From the NCBI GenBank assembly GCA_039096225.1, contig JBBPEB010000029.1, forward strand, positions 1 to 64,000: a stretch of 64,000 nucleotides of DNA, read 5' to 3'. A program made the translations under genes and the position numbers. Under the pieces are notes generated by a model. The model made no database searches, was not told where the DNA came from, and was given only the letters and a program-made list of their open reading frames with translations. This stretch comes from Blastocystis sp. Blastoise (Eukaryota > Protista > Bigyra: Opalinata). Numbering within the stretch: the first letter of the stretch is position 1; the number at the start of each line of letters is the position of its first letter. This document shows positions 41,887 through 55,400 of the stretch, piece after piece.

Positions 41887-42941
41887 ATGTCTTCAAACAT
41901 GTTTGATTACCTTACCGTATCTTGTCTAAAGACCTCTTTCTTATTTATATTATGTTTATAGCACAGCTGCCAAGATAATAACATTCAAACAGCTGCTGGA
42001 GATGGAGAACTTGAAGCTGTTAAGGCATTTATTGCTAAGGGAGTTAATGTGAATGATCGTGATAGTAATGGATACTCTGCTTTGTATATATTTAAATATA
42101 AATTTAGTGTTTTTCTTGGAGAAGTAGTTTTTTAAAATTAAACTCTTTTGTCTTTTATTATAAATATTTATTTTAATATATAGACATGCTGCAAGTAGTT
42201 ATGGATACCCAGAAATTGTTCAATATCTTCTTGATAATGGTGCTGGTATTTTATATTCATGCTTAATATTCTATATTTCTAAATATAATTTTTCTTATTT
42301 ATGTATATATAGATGCTGTTATTAGAGATAGTGATGGTGACTCTCCTTTACATGTAAATAATGATTAAATATATATATAAAATTATTTATTTCGTTGATA
42401 GTTTTAGTATTAAACATATATATAATTATTATAGATGTGTGAATTTCCCGCTTGTGCGAAATTACTTATTGAACACGGAGCAAGTCCTGAAGATATTAAC
42501 TGTGAAGGAAAATCCGTATATAATAAATATATTTCTTTAATATTTTTTAGTAAATGTATAATTATATATTTAATACTAAATATTATAACTATAATTTTAT
42601 AAATATAGTGTGTACGATATGCTTTTGAAGAAGAATTTAATGATATGCTTGAATTTTATATATGTATATATATATAATCAATCAACATAAAATATATATA
42701 TATATAATCAATCAACATAAAATATATATATATATAATCAATCAACATAAACTATATATAATCAATCAACATAAACTATATATAATCAATCAACATAAAA
42801 TATATATAATCAATCAACATAAACTATATATATATATTAATTGGTGCTTTAGATAATAAGGTATTAGAACAATGGATAAATGAATTAGGAGAACAGAGAA
42901 AGAAGGAATTAGAAGATTATCTTTCAAATTATAATGAATAA
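41887..42941 (+). CDS. Small ankyrin-repeat protein
   Basis: Seven exons. NIQTAAGDGELEAV, DSNGYSALHAASSYGYPEIVQYLLDNGAD, DSDGDSPLH and AKLLIEHGA. Confidence 0.9.
42670..42835 (+). repeat. Intronic minisatellite (TA)n-ATCAATCAACATAAA, 6 copies
   Basis: Six copies of aatcaatcaacataaa separated by variable (TA)n in the last intron of the ankyrin gene. Confidence 0.9.
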
Positions 42942-43346
42942 TCTATACCTATTTATATCTAGAAAATATTTTTATTTATGTATATTTGTATGTTTATCGA
43001 TATTTGTTTCTTTTTATTCATTTAAATAAAAAATATTTAATATTAATAAAAAAAAATTCGTCAATACTGTTCTTGAATCATATTTATTTAAAAAAAAAAA
43101 CACTTTACAATATATATATACATTTATTACTCTAAAAATTAAATGAAATATCTATATCCTTTAATTATTGTATTCATAACAGCAAATACCATTCTATTAT
43201 TACATAATAAATACTATGATAATAAAAAAAACGAATATACAAAACAACTTGGATATTAAGTATTGTTTTTTAAATTTTGAGAATATATAAAGAAAAATAT
43301 ACATAAGCAAATATATCTATATAAAATAATTAAAATAAAAATGAAT

Positions 43347-43641
43347 TTAATTTAATCTAGGATCGTCTTCTTTAGCATGTTTACACCAATATTGAGAAGG
43401 AATATGTCTGAAAGGAGCTTGAGGTCTTCTCTCGTGATTCATACTAAAAACCATGACAGGAATAGAAACACAAATCATACACAAAGCAGTAATCTTAGTG
43501 TTTCTAGCCCATTTAGCGTTTTGAACCCACCAACCACCAGAAGGAGCCCAAACGTGTTGAGGGAAATTAAATTTCTATAAAAATACAAAAAAATAAATTA
43601 TATATATAGAGAAAAACTAAACATACAGCACCACCACCCAT
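43347..43641 (-). CDS. NDUFC1: Complex I accessory subunit, NDUFC1/KFYI (NUUM-type)
   Basis: MGGGA|KFNFPQHVWAPSGGWW..WARNT..TM..ERRPQAPFRHIPSQYWCK resembles the plant/fungal YPKHVWSPxGGW...IPSQxW family. Intron 43575-43626. Missed by the ORF track. Confidence 0.8.
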
Positions 43642-44219
43642 ATTCTATATCACTTGAAATTAAATTAAAAGGGTATAATAAATGATAAACAAGTTATTAC
43701 CTGATTAAGAAAAGAGAGAATTCTTATGAAACAGAGTACTGGAGAATGTTAACGATTATTCTGGTTTTTGTAGGTGAAATATGGATTTAATCACGGTTAT
43801 CATTTTTGTTTTGTTATTGAAGAATCAAGAATCATGGGAATTCAATGATATACACCTTTCAAATGAAAATAAACAGAAGAATATTATCTTTTCATTATTT
43901 TATAGAATAAATCATTTATTTTGGCATAAATCATAAAGATTCATTTATTTCTCATGTTTTACATGATCCTATAATGTATAATAATATACAAAATTCAAAA
44001 TATTTCATTGAATAGAAAATAATTAACTTATAACCAAACATATTGATTTCAAATAATAAGACTTATTATCAAAAAAAGTAATTACGTTTGAAAATGCATT
44101 TAACATAACTTTATTCACAACCAAATGACTGTAATTTAAAAAAAAAGTATATCATACAACGTTAAAGACTAATAAAATAAAATAAATTATATAGCATGCA
44201 AAGAATATATCTATAGAGT

Positions 44220-44500
44220 TTAGAAATCTAAAAGTAATTGAGGAAGAATTTTCTGAATAGCTTCTGGAGTTACAATTTCTTGATTATCTGAATCAAGATG
44301 AGCTCTTTGTATTGCCTCAACAATGAACATTCTAAGAAATTCTGTTGCTGCCAAAGATCCATCTGAGGATATCTTCGTTTTTGGATTCCAATAAGTCTTT
44401 AATAATCTTTCAATTGTTGCCTAAAATAAATAAAATGTGGCACTTTGTATTTATTGTTATTATGATATACTTGTTTAAATGTAGTAGGACTTGACGACAT
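44220..44500 (-). CDS. CENPX: Centromere protein X / MHF2 (histone-fold)
   Basis: MSSSPTTFKQ|ATI..KTKISSDGSLAATEFLRMFIVEAIQRA..EAIQKILPQLLLDF; the C-terminal PQLLLDF is diagnostic. One intron. Missed by the ORF track. Confidence 0.92.
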
Positions 44501-44778
44501 AGTTCTTTGAAGTATTATGACTCTAACTTCGTTCCTTTTATAAAAAAATAATGGCAAACCAATTATTGCGGTAATTCTAGTTTAATGAATGGAAATAATA
44601 AATATAATTCTGGGAATAATTCAAATGAAAAATTCGTGAAAAAGAAAAACAGAGCAGAAACAATTGTTGCTTAAACAAAGATAAATTAAAATATTTATAC
44701 TTTTCTTTGATTATATTCTATCTATAAATAGATCAAGGTTATAATCTAAATACAACAAATTTATAAATAACAACAATT

Positions 44779-47700
44779 ATGAGTGTTTCTTCAACAAGTA
44801 TGTAAAATATCTTTATTTTGTTGCTATTCATATATCTATATAGGTACTCTATCGGATTTTCTTAGTATTATTCGTAAAGCAGTTTGTGAAACTGTGTTTG
44901 ATGATAATCCATCAGCAAACTCAACAGATACTAAGGAAACACTTCTTTCAGATATTGATAAATGCATCAAAAACGTATTTTTATAATTATTCAACTCTTA
45001 AAAATTCATATATTTTATTTTTTTATAGAATTCTGTGGATAACATTGAACCATTAACACTTCATATCTTTGAAGCATTTTGTGAAGATGTATATATGAAT
45101 AATTAATATATATTAAATACATAATGACTCAAATAATAATTAAAACATTGTTTATAGAGACGTTCTTATTTTAGTGAACTTCTACGAGAAATAGCCAATG
45201 AACGTTCTCGATTTAAAGTTATAGAAGACTCTTGTGATACAATCCAAGTATATATATTATATTATATTATATTTTCTTCTTAATTAGTATTCTATGTATA
45301 TTTTTTAAATTTAATTTTGAGTTTTATTATTATGTTTATTATTATTATTATTATATAGTTGTCTTTATGGCAATCGATGCATCCCCAAGAATCTGCGAAA
45401 TTACTTCAATATTCAAAATCAATTTTTAAATTAATAAAGTCCCATATTAATACTAATGATTATTATACAAATACACAAGTCTCACAAGAATATCTTAATT
45501 ATAAACAGTATTTATTATTTATTATATTTATTAATATTTTTAATTTTTTTTTTATATATTAATAAATTATTATATATATATATTTAAATTATTATAGATA
45601 TTAATAAATATAATAAAAATAATATATAATCAATATAAATATAGTATTATTATAAAAACCTTATAAAACCATTATACTATAGGAAAAGTGACGATTTACA
45701 AAAGTATATGAATGAATTACAGGAACAAGTTGATTTATTAAATAAACAGAAAGAGACTCTTCTTCTTTCTATATCTACTTCTACAGCTATATCTCCTTCT
45801 CCTTCTATTTCTTTACCTATAAACTCACAAGAAACAAATTCTATGAAACTATCTGAATCTAATTCAGCTATATCTCTGAATTCAGAAGAAATTGAAACAT
45901 TATCTTCTTCTTCTTCTGTTAGTACTCCAAAAGAGAATTCTATTAAACTTGTCGAATTATCTACTTCTACTCCATCTAATGAATCTATCGATCCAAATAA
46001 GTTGAAAATAGATACTCAATTAAATAGTTTATTAAAAGAATTCCAACAAGAACAAGAGTCAAATCAACTTATTATACAATCTTTACAAGATAAAGCTTAT
46101 CAATATACTCAAGAAAAGAATAAATTACAAATTGAAATGACAAAATTAACAAAACAAAATGATGAATATTCGAAGAAAATACTTGAATTACAAGTATGTT
46201 TAAGTCAAAAAGAAGCTCAACTTGTAAGTATGAAATGTGATTTAGAATCAGATAAGAAAATACTAAATAATAATGAGAATCGTTATCAGTCTCTTCTTGA
46301 AGAACGTAGTTCTATTTTAAATAAAATGAATTTATTATCTCGTGAAAAAGAAGATTTATTAGAATTACAATCAACATATAAGAATGAAATTAATCGATTA
46401 ACTGCTATTGTTAATGAATTATATAATGCTATTGAGTCGGATAAAGAAAGAGTACTCAATTTAAGTAATATTAATAAACAATTAGAATTAGAAAATATTC
46501 AAATTAAATTGAAATTAAAACAGATAGATCCATTAAATAATATGTATTCATTCTCAAATATATATAAATTTAATACTAACTCAACATCTATAAATTCTGA
46601 TGAAAATAATGATACGTTAGCTATAAAAGATAATATTGTTGATAATAATAATGGTGATAATAGTGATATTGTTGATAATAATAATGGTGATAATAGTGAT
46701 AATATTGATATTGCTGATAATGTTGATATTGCTGATAATACTAATGTTGATCATGTTGATAATACTAATAATAATACTACTAATACTACTAATAATATTA
46801 ATACTACTAATACTACTCCTCCTAATAATCTCTCTTCATCATCTCTTCTTTCTATATCATCAGAGACATCAATATCTCAAGATATTATAAATACATCTCC
46901 TGTATCTATATTATCTTCTACCAATAATCTTAAGAATATTACGAGTATCAATAATTATGGGGATAAAGAAATTGATATCGATATAGAAAGTCAATCTAAA
47001 GATTCTATAGAATCTGATACAAATAATACTATAGACAATAATACTATTGACAATAATACTATAGACAATAATACTATAGACAATAATACTATTGACAATA
47101 ATACTATTAACAATAATACTATTAACAATAATACTATTAACAATAATACTATAGACAATAATACTATAAATACTGCTACTTCTCCTAAAGATATTCCTGC
47201 CCAAGTTCTTCATCTTCCTAGTTATAGTGTATTTAAAGCCCATGATGATAATGATGGAATAGGTGAAATAATAGATGTTTCTTCTTTCTCTGAAATAGCT
47301 CGAAATGCTATTTGGAAACGAGATAATGAAATTACATATCTTGAAGATCGTATAGATAAATTACAATTAGCAAATTCAGGATATTATGACCATACTATAG
47401 CTTTAAGTATGGGAGAAAAAGGAAAAGAAATAGTAGAACAATCCTATCAAGATAAATATGAAGATCTTTCTAGTCGTTATGAGTCGTTAAATCGTGAACA
47501 TGAAAAGTTACAAGTAGAATATAATTCTTTAGAACAATATATTCAAGATACTATTCATAATAGAGAAAAACAATCTATAGTAGAATCAAGTATTTCTTCT
47601 GTTTGTTCTCCTTCTACTAAGAAAGAAGAAATATCAAATAATGAAATGAATCAAAATAATAATCTAATAGAGAATACTATAAATAAAGAAGATACCTTGT

Positions 47701-49423
47701 CTCCTGAAGACGATGTTACTCCTTCTAATGCTTATTTATTAGGTATTCAAGATTCTTATAATACTTTATATGAAGAGAAAGAACAGATTTCAGAACAATT
47801 ACAAACTTTACAAATCTCTATGATTAAGATGAGAAAAGAATATATGAATACTATTGAAGATAAACAGAAAGAAATAGATCAATTGACACATAATATAGAA
47901 GATAAAATGAATATTATTCATGAATTTGAAATTGAATTAAAGAAACATGAAGATAATCAAGGAAATTTATCTCCTATTTCTAAAGATGAAATCTTAGCAT
48001 TTATGGAACAAACAAAGAAATTAACTGATAAATTTGAATCTCTGTCTTCTTCTGTTATAGAAAAGTCATCTGCTGATACGAATAGTATAGTTAAGAATGA
48101 TAGTAATAATTCTATGATAACTACAGATATCAATTCTAATAATATACAAAATAATAATGAAGATGAACTAAATCAATTGAAATTCAATATATCAGAACTT
48201 CAAAAACAAGTTAATTCTTCAAAACAAGAAATAGAAAAGTATAAGCAAATTATAGAATCTAAAGAAGAAGAAGAGAAAGAAATAAAAGTAAAATATGATG
48301 ATATTATCTATAAATATAATGAATTAACTAAAAATAATACAGAAAGTATATCAAAATATACATCAATGGAAGTTAATTATAAAGAAGAAATTCAAAACTA
48401 TAATGAACAAATAGAATCGATGAGTGAAGAATTAGAACAACTTCATATTCAATGTGATCAATATATAAATAATGAAAAGAAAAATAAAGATAGTATTGAG
48501 GAGAAAGAAAAAGAAATAATTCAATTAAATACCTCAATAAAAACTCTTCATGAAAAAATTCAGAAACAATCAGATATGGGTATGAGATTGTCTGAATTAA
48601 TGGATGAAATAGAAGATATGTCAAATGAATTAGAAACTAATGCTTCTACTATTAGTTATCTAGAGAAATCTGTTAGTTCTTTACAACATCAAAATGAATT
48701 ATTAAGTATAGAATATAATAAAAAGCGAAAAGATTATGAATCTCTTAATCAAATAAATATACAAGTAAATAAAGAAAAAGAACAATATATAAAAGAAAAT
48801 AAACAATATAAACAAGAAAAAGAACAATTAATGAAAGAAAAAGAACAATATATGAAGGAGAAAGAACAATATATGAAGGAGAAAGAACAATATATAAAGG
48901 AGAAAGAACAATATGAACAAGAGAAACATCAACTTGAAGAACAAATTGAATTATTAAAGAAAACAATGAATGATGAAACAATGAATGAAACTAAACCTGA
49001 TTCTGCTACTCAATTAAATAATAATATAGAAGAAAATGAAATGATAATAAAACAATTACTTGAAGAGAAATATCAATTAGAATGTGATAATAAAACACTA
49101 GTACAACATATGAATGACTTAGGAAATCAAACAGAAGAAGTTCAATCTAATTATAATTATTTATTAAATGATTATTTATCATTACCTGATTCATTTGATT
49201 TATATGATATATCGTTATCTCGTGTTCATAAGATTAATAAGAAAGATGTTCATGATGTTGTTAATACTATAAATGAGTATTTACAACAAGTACGTAAATG
49301 TATGGTCTCTACAATGAATGATTTTACGGATATTAAACAAGCATTTCAAGACTTAAAACATGACTATGAAAATCATTTATTTAGACATAAGCATAAAAAA
49401 CATTCTAAAGAGGATGATGATGG

Positions 49424-49460
<37 letters not shown>

Positions 49461-52400
49461 AAAGAAGAAGATGATGATGAAGATGAAGATGATGAAGATG
49501 ATGATAAAGTATTTACTTTACAATTAAAATTACTAACTTTAGCTAGTGAATGTGATAAACAAATTAAAATGAATGAAAAAATAGAAAAGACATTAAAAGA
49601 AAAAGAAAAAGAAATAAATACATTAAAATCGAAAGTATCATCCTTAGCTTCATCTGTAGAATCTATTCAAAAAGAAAAAGAAAATGATGATTATGAAAAT
49701 AAAGAATTATTATTCACGTTATCTAGACAACATGAAAAATGTTTAACTGAATTAACTTCATTTAAAGAAAAACAACAAGTGATTGATAATGATATAAATA
49801 ATGATAATAATGATAATATAAATAAAGATAATAATATAAGTAAAGATAATGATATAAATAAAGATAATGATATAAATAATGATAATAAAGATAATAATAT
49901 AAATAATGATAATATTATAAATAAAGATATTGATAATAATATAAATAAAGATATTGATATTGATAAATCAACTGATATAAATATTTCAGAATCAAATTCT
50001 ATGTTAAATACTATTCCTAAAGATACGAATTCTATAGATTTTAATAAAGTTCAAAAACAATATGAAGAATCATGCAAACAATTGGATGATTTGAAGAAAT
50101 CTGCCAATGAAATGGAAGAGAATTATAAACGTATTATATCTACTTTAGAAGATGAAAAGAAGTCTCTTATTATAACGAATGAACAATGTACTAAAGAGAA
50201 TGAACTATATAAGAAATCAATGGAAGAGAAAGAAGATACAAGGAGACAAATAGAAGAAGAAGTTGTTGGCTGTAAAAAAGAAATAGAATCGAATCAATTG
50301 AAAATAGAAGAAAATATCAATACAATTACAAAATTAACAAATGATAATAATGAATTAATTAAAGAGAAGAATGAATTAAAGAGTGAATATGAACATATAT
50401 ATAATGAATATGAGAAATCAAAAGAATTATTAAAAGAGAAAGAAACAAATTCACTAAAAGAAAATACTATTATTGATACCTATAAGAAAGAAATAGATGA
50501 TCTTCAGCAGGAAGTGCAAGATAAGAATATTATAGTGAATGATTCTCAAATAAAACTCAAAGAACAAGATCAAACCATTGCTGAATTGAACCTGAAAATG
50601 GATGAATCTAAACAAATTCTTGAAGATAAAGAAAAAGAGATACAAACAAATAAAGATTCTATAGAAGAAAACAAAAATACTATAAATAAATTAGAAACTG
50701 AAATAAATGATTTAAAGAATACTATATATACACTTGAACAGAAATCAAAGCAATTACAACTTGATCAAGTAAGTCTTCAAACATCAAATAATTCATTAAT
50801 TACACAAATAGATAGTATGAAACAGAAAGAAAAAGAAAATGAACAAGAATATATTTTATTAAAAGAAACTAATATTACTTTAGTTGATGAAAAGAGAAAA
50901 ATTAAACAAGAATTAGAAACAATGAAAGATTCTATAGAAGAATTCAATAAATCAATTAAGTCTGAACAAGATAAAAATGAACAATTAGCTAATCAAAATA
51001 ATATACTTGAAAATAAATTATCTTTATTAACAAATGAAATAGAATCCGAAAGATTATCAAAAGATAGTTTTGATAGTTCTATAACGGAATATAAATTAGC
51101 TAATGAGAAATTAGAAAAAGAAATTCAAATGTTGAAAGAGTCAAATAATTCGTCGACACAAGAAGTTATTCATCATTATGAAGAGTTATTAGCAGATAAA
51201 GTTCATGAAATAGAAAATAAAGAAAATGAAATTAATCAATATATAAGTGAAATAGATATATTAAAGAAAGACATTGAAGATGGAAAAACAAAAGATACAG
51301 AGAAAGACTTAATTATAAGTGATAAGAATAAAGAAATTGAACAATATGAGAATAAGAATACGATGTTTTTCAATGAGATAGAGTCTTTAAAGAAGGATAT
51401 AATACAATATAAACAACGAATTGAAGAATGTAATGAAGAGATTGAAGATAAAGAAGAAGTTATTCGTGATAAAAAGAGTGTGTTATTAGAATTAAATAAT
51501 AAAATAGAACAATATATGATTACGATGAAAGAGAATGAAAAGGAAATTAATATATATAAATCATTAGTTGAAGAGAATAAGAAGGAGAAAGAACAATTGA
51601 TGGAAAATATAGATAAAAATACTCAAGAAATTAAAGACTATAAATGTATAATAGAAAAGAAGAATAAAGAGATAGAAGAACAAAAGAATACTATAGATAT
51701 ACAAATACAAGAAATCGATCAATTACATAGTAATCAAGAAATGATGAAGAAACAAATTGATGATCATGAAAATATTATTAATAAATATAAAAAACAACTT
51801 GATAATTATGAAGAGAATATTAATAAATATAAGAAAGAAATTGATAATTATGAAGAGAATATTAATAAATATAAAAAACAACTTGATAATTATGAAGAGA
51901 ATATTAATAAATATAAGAAAGAAATTGATAATTATGAAGAGAATATTAATAAATATAAAAAACAACTTGATGATAATGAAAATACTATAAATAAATATAC
52001 TCAACAAGTTGATGATATTCATAATATAATTCAAGATATTCATAATCTTTGTGATTCGAATAGAAGTTCTGAAGATATAAATATTATTCCTATTGATTCT
52101 TCTTCATGTGATCCTAATGATGATTCGAATAGAATTCTTGAAGAAATGAAAGAGATTCACCTACAATTTAGTACTATATTAAAACAAATCAAAGAATCTA
52201 ATAATACAATAGATATACAATTGAATACTATTCATCAATATGAATCTACAATAGATATGCATACAAAACATATAGAAGATTTGGAACATACTATTAAAGA
52301 ATTAAAGGAATCTATTTCTCATTATATAGATGCAGACATAGAAAGAGAATCTTTATTAGAGGAAGCTAGTAAACAAATTGAAGATGATCAGAAAGAGATG

Positions 52401-55400
52401 AAAGAGATGAAAATATCACATGAATCTGAAATAGAAAAATTAGCTACAATATTTGAGCATTGCCAAAGTGATTTAGAAGATGTGAAAGAAACAAATTCAA
52501 AGATTGTTGAAGAATATAGTCGATTATATGATGCTTATAGTCAATTAACAGGAGAAAATAATTATATATCTCCACTTTCATTGATCGAAGATCACGAGGA
52601 TAGTGAGGATAGCGATGATGATAATGATGATAATAATGATAATAATGATGAAAGTAATGATAATAATGATAATAATAGTAGCGAAAACAATGATGATAAT
52701 AATAATAATAACAATGATGATAATGAAAATAATAGTAGTAACGATGATAATGAAAATAATACTAATAATAATAATAATAATAATAATAATAGCAATAATA
52801 ACATAAATGACACTGTATCTGCTGTTTCTGAAGAACCTGCTAGTCCTGCTTCAATTAATACTAATAATAATAATAATACTACCAATAATACTACTAATAA
52901 TGCTACTAATAATACTACTCCTCCTACTCCTGTTACATCAAATACGAATTATGAGATTGAATATAAGCATATACTTTCTATATATGAATCTATGATATCT
53001 AAATTATTAACTTTAATGAACCTTGATATTCCTGCGGGAATACCTGATTCTGATTCTGAAGAAGAAGAAGATAAAGATACAGAAGAGCTTTATATGGAAT
53101 CTGTAGTGACAGAAATTGATAATTATATTCATTCTTTAATAAAGAAGATGAATGATCATGATAAAGAGAATCAAGAAAATATAGCTGTTTTTGAGAAAGA
53201 AATAAATCGTTATGAATCCGATTTCGAGCGTATCCGTAAAAATGTGTACGAAGCGTCATTGAAGATCGTTAGTTTAGAACGTCAAAATATTCAAATGGAT
53301 ACATTTAATAGAGAAATGATTAAACAATATACTACTTTATCAAAAGAATATACTTCATTAAAGAATCATTTAAAGGAATTAATTTATAAGAATACATTTA
53401 AATCTTTAGGAGATATAGAAAAAGAAGATTCAAAAGATTTTGTAGAATTAGCTCCAGTAAGTATGAATGATTTAACTACTTATTATTCTAAGATGACTTA
53501 TACTCAAACTAAGAATAAGAGACATAATAGTATAAAGAAGAATAATTATTTGAATAAAGAAGAAGAAGAAGAGATGAAGAAACGATATAATGATGATATT
53601 AATAATAAGAGTGAAAGTGCACGTATTGATGCCGATGATGAAAGTATAGATGAAGAAACTATGTCTGTATTTACTCCAGAAGAAGAAAAAGAAGAGTTAT
53701 TAATAGAAACACAAGGAATAAAGACTACACAAATTGATATTGAAAGTGATGTTAATAATGATGTTAATAATAATGTTAATAATGATGTTAATAATAATGT
53801 TAATAATGATGTTAATAATGATGTTAATAATAATGTTGAAAATAATATGAATAATACAATTAATGATACTATCAATGATACTATCAATAATACAATTAAA
53901 AATACTATCAATGATACTATCAATGATACTATCAATGAAAATCCTATTCATTCTTTGACAAGTGAAGTTATACATACAAATATGAATGAAACTAGTAATG
54001 CTATTATTAATACTCCTATTAATATGCAAATAGATGCTTCTGTTAATACAGAAATACCTTCTCAAAAAGAGAATAAAGATAAAGATACAGAATGTGTATC
54101 ACCTTCTATATCATCAACTATATCTTCTTCTAATATTCCATGTGAATCACCTCTTCCTGTAATAACTGAATCCAATGAAGTTATTACAAAACAACTAGAT
54201 GAATTTTTAATAACAACAGAAACTAATTATAAAGAAGAAATTATTAATAAAGAAAAAGAAAAGAAAGAACTTGAAGATACTTTGAGTATGAAACAACAAG
54301 AAATTCAACAATTAAAAGAGAAATTAAATACTCAAATGGAATTATTCAATTCATTACAACAAGAAAATAATCAATTATCTATATCTATGAAATCATTATC
54401 GAATAAAAATGTTCTTTTAGAACAATCTGTTCAACGTATTCAAGTCTATAAAGATGAAATTGTGATTCTAAAAGAACAATGTGAAGATTGTAAAGTGTAT
54501 ATACAAGAAGGAGAAGAAAAATTCAAAAAACAATCATTGATATTACAAGATTCAATGACTAAAGAAAAAGATCTATATAATCAATATATAGAAATTCAAA
54601 ATACTTATAAAGAGAATCAAGATATTTGTAATAAGTATATTTCTAAAGAAAAAGAATATATAGCTATTATTGATCATGATAAAGAAGTGATTTCAAATTA
54701 TATGAACAATTATATTATGAAGAGTGAATTTGAAATAAAAGAGAATCAATATAAGGAATCAGAAAAAGTATATATAGAGAAAAATGATTTCCAAGAGCAA
54801 CAATTAAGTGTTTTACAAGAAAAGCAATCTCAATTAATATCTGAAAGAGATAGATTAAAGAATACAATTGATGAGAATGAGCAAATAATTAGTCAATATG
54901 AAGAAACTATAATGGATTTAACGAATAAGAATCAAGAGTTCATAGATTCTATAGATAGTTTACAGAAAGAGAAAGATGAATTAAAGAAGACTATAGAAAC
55001 TATGAATATTCAATTAAAGAATAGTTTAGAAGAGAAGAAAGAATATTATGAGAATGAAGAAAAAGAATTAGAATTGAAGTATACTACAAGTCTTGAAGAA
55101 TATAAAGTGAAATATAATGATTGTAATGAATCTATTGATATATTAACAGAAGAGAAACATCAACTTTTAGAAGAAATAGAGAAGAATAAAAAAGAAATGA
55201 ATGATTTGACTATGAGTGTTCAACAAGAGAAAGAAGTTGTTTCAAAATATGTACAGGAAATAGAAGAATATAAGAAGAGTATAGAAGATAAGGATGATAT
55301 AATTCATAAGAAGTCTTTATTACTTGAAGAATTGCAATTGAAAACGACCGAATTAAAGTCTATAATAGAACAGAATTTGAAGGAAAAAGAAGAAGAAAAA

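Noticed and set aside
42662-42856. Regularly spaced repeats resembling a CRISPR array or a repeat peptide ORF
   Set aside because: Eukaryotic intron; the spacers are only variable (TA)n, not unique sequences.
43377-43580. Plus-strand 67-aa ORF
   Set aside because: Antisense to the recognisable NDUFC1-like exon.
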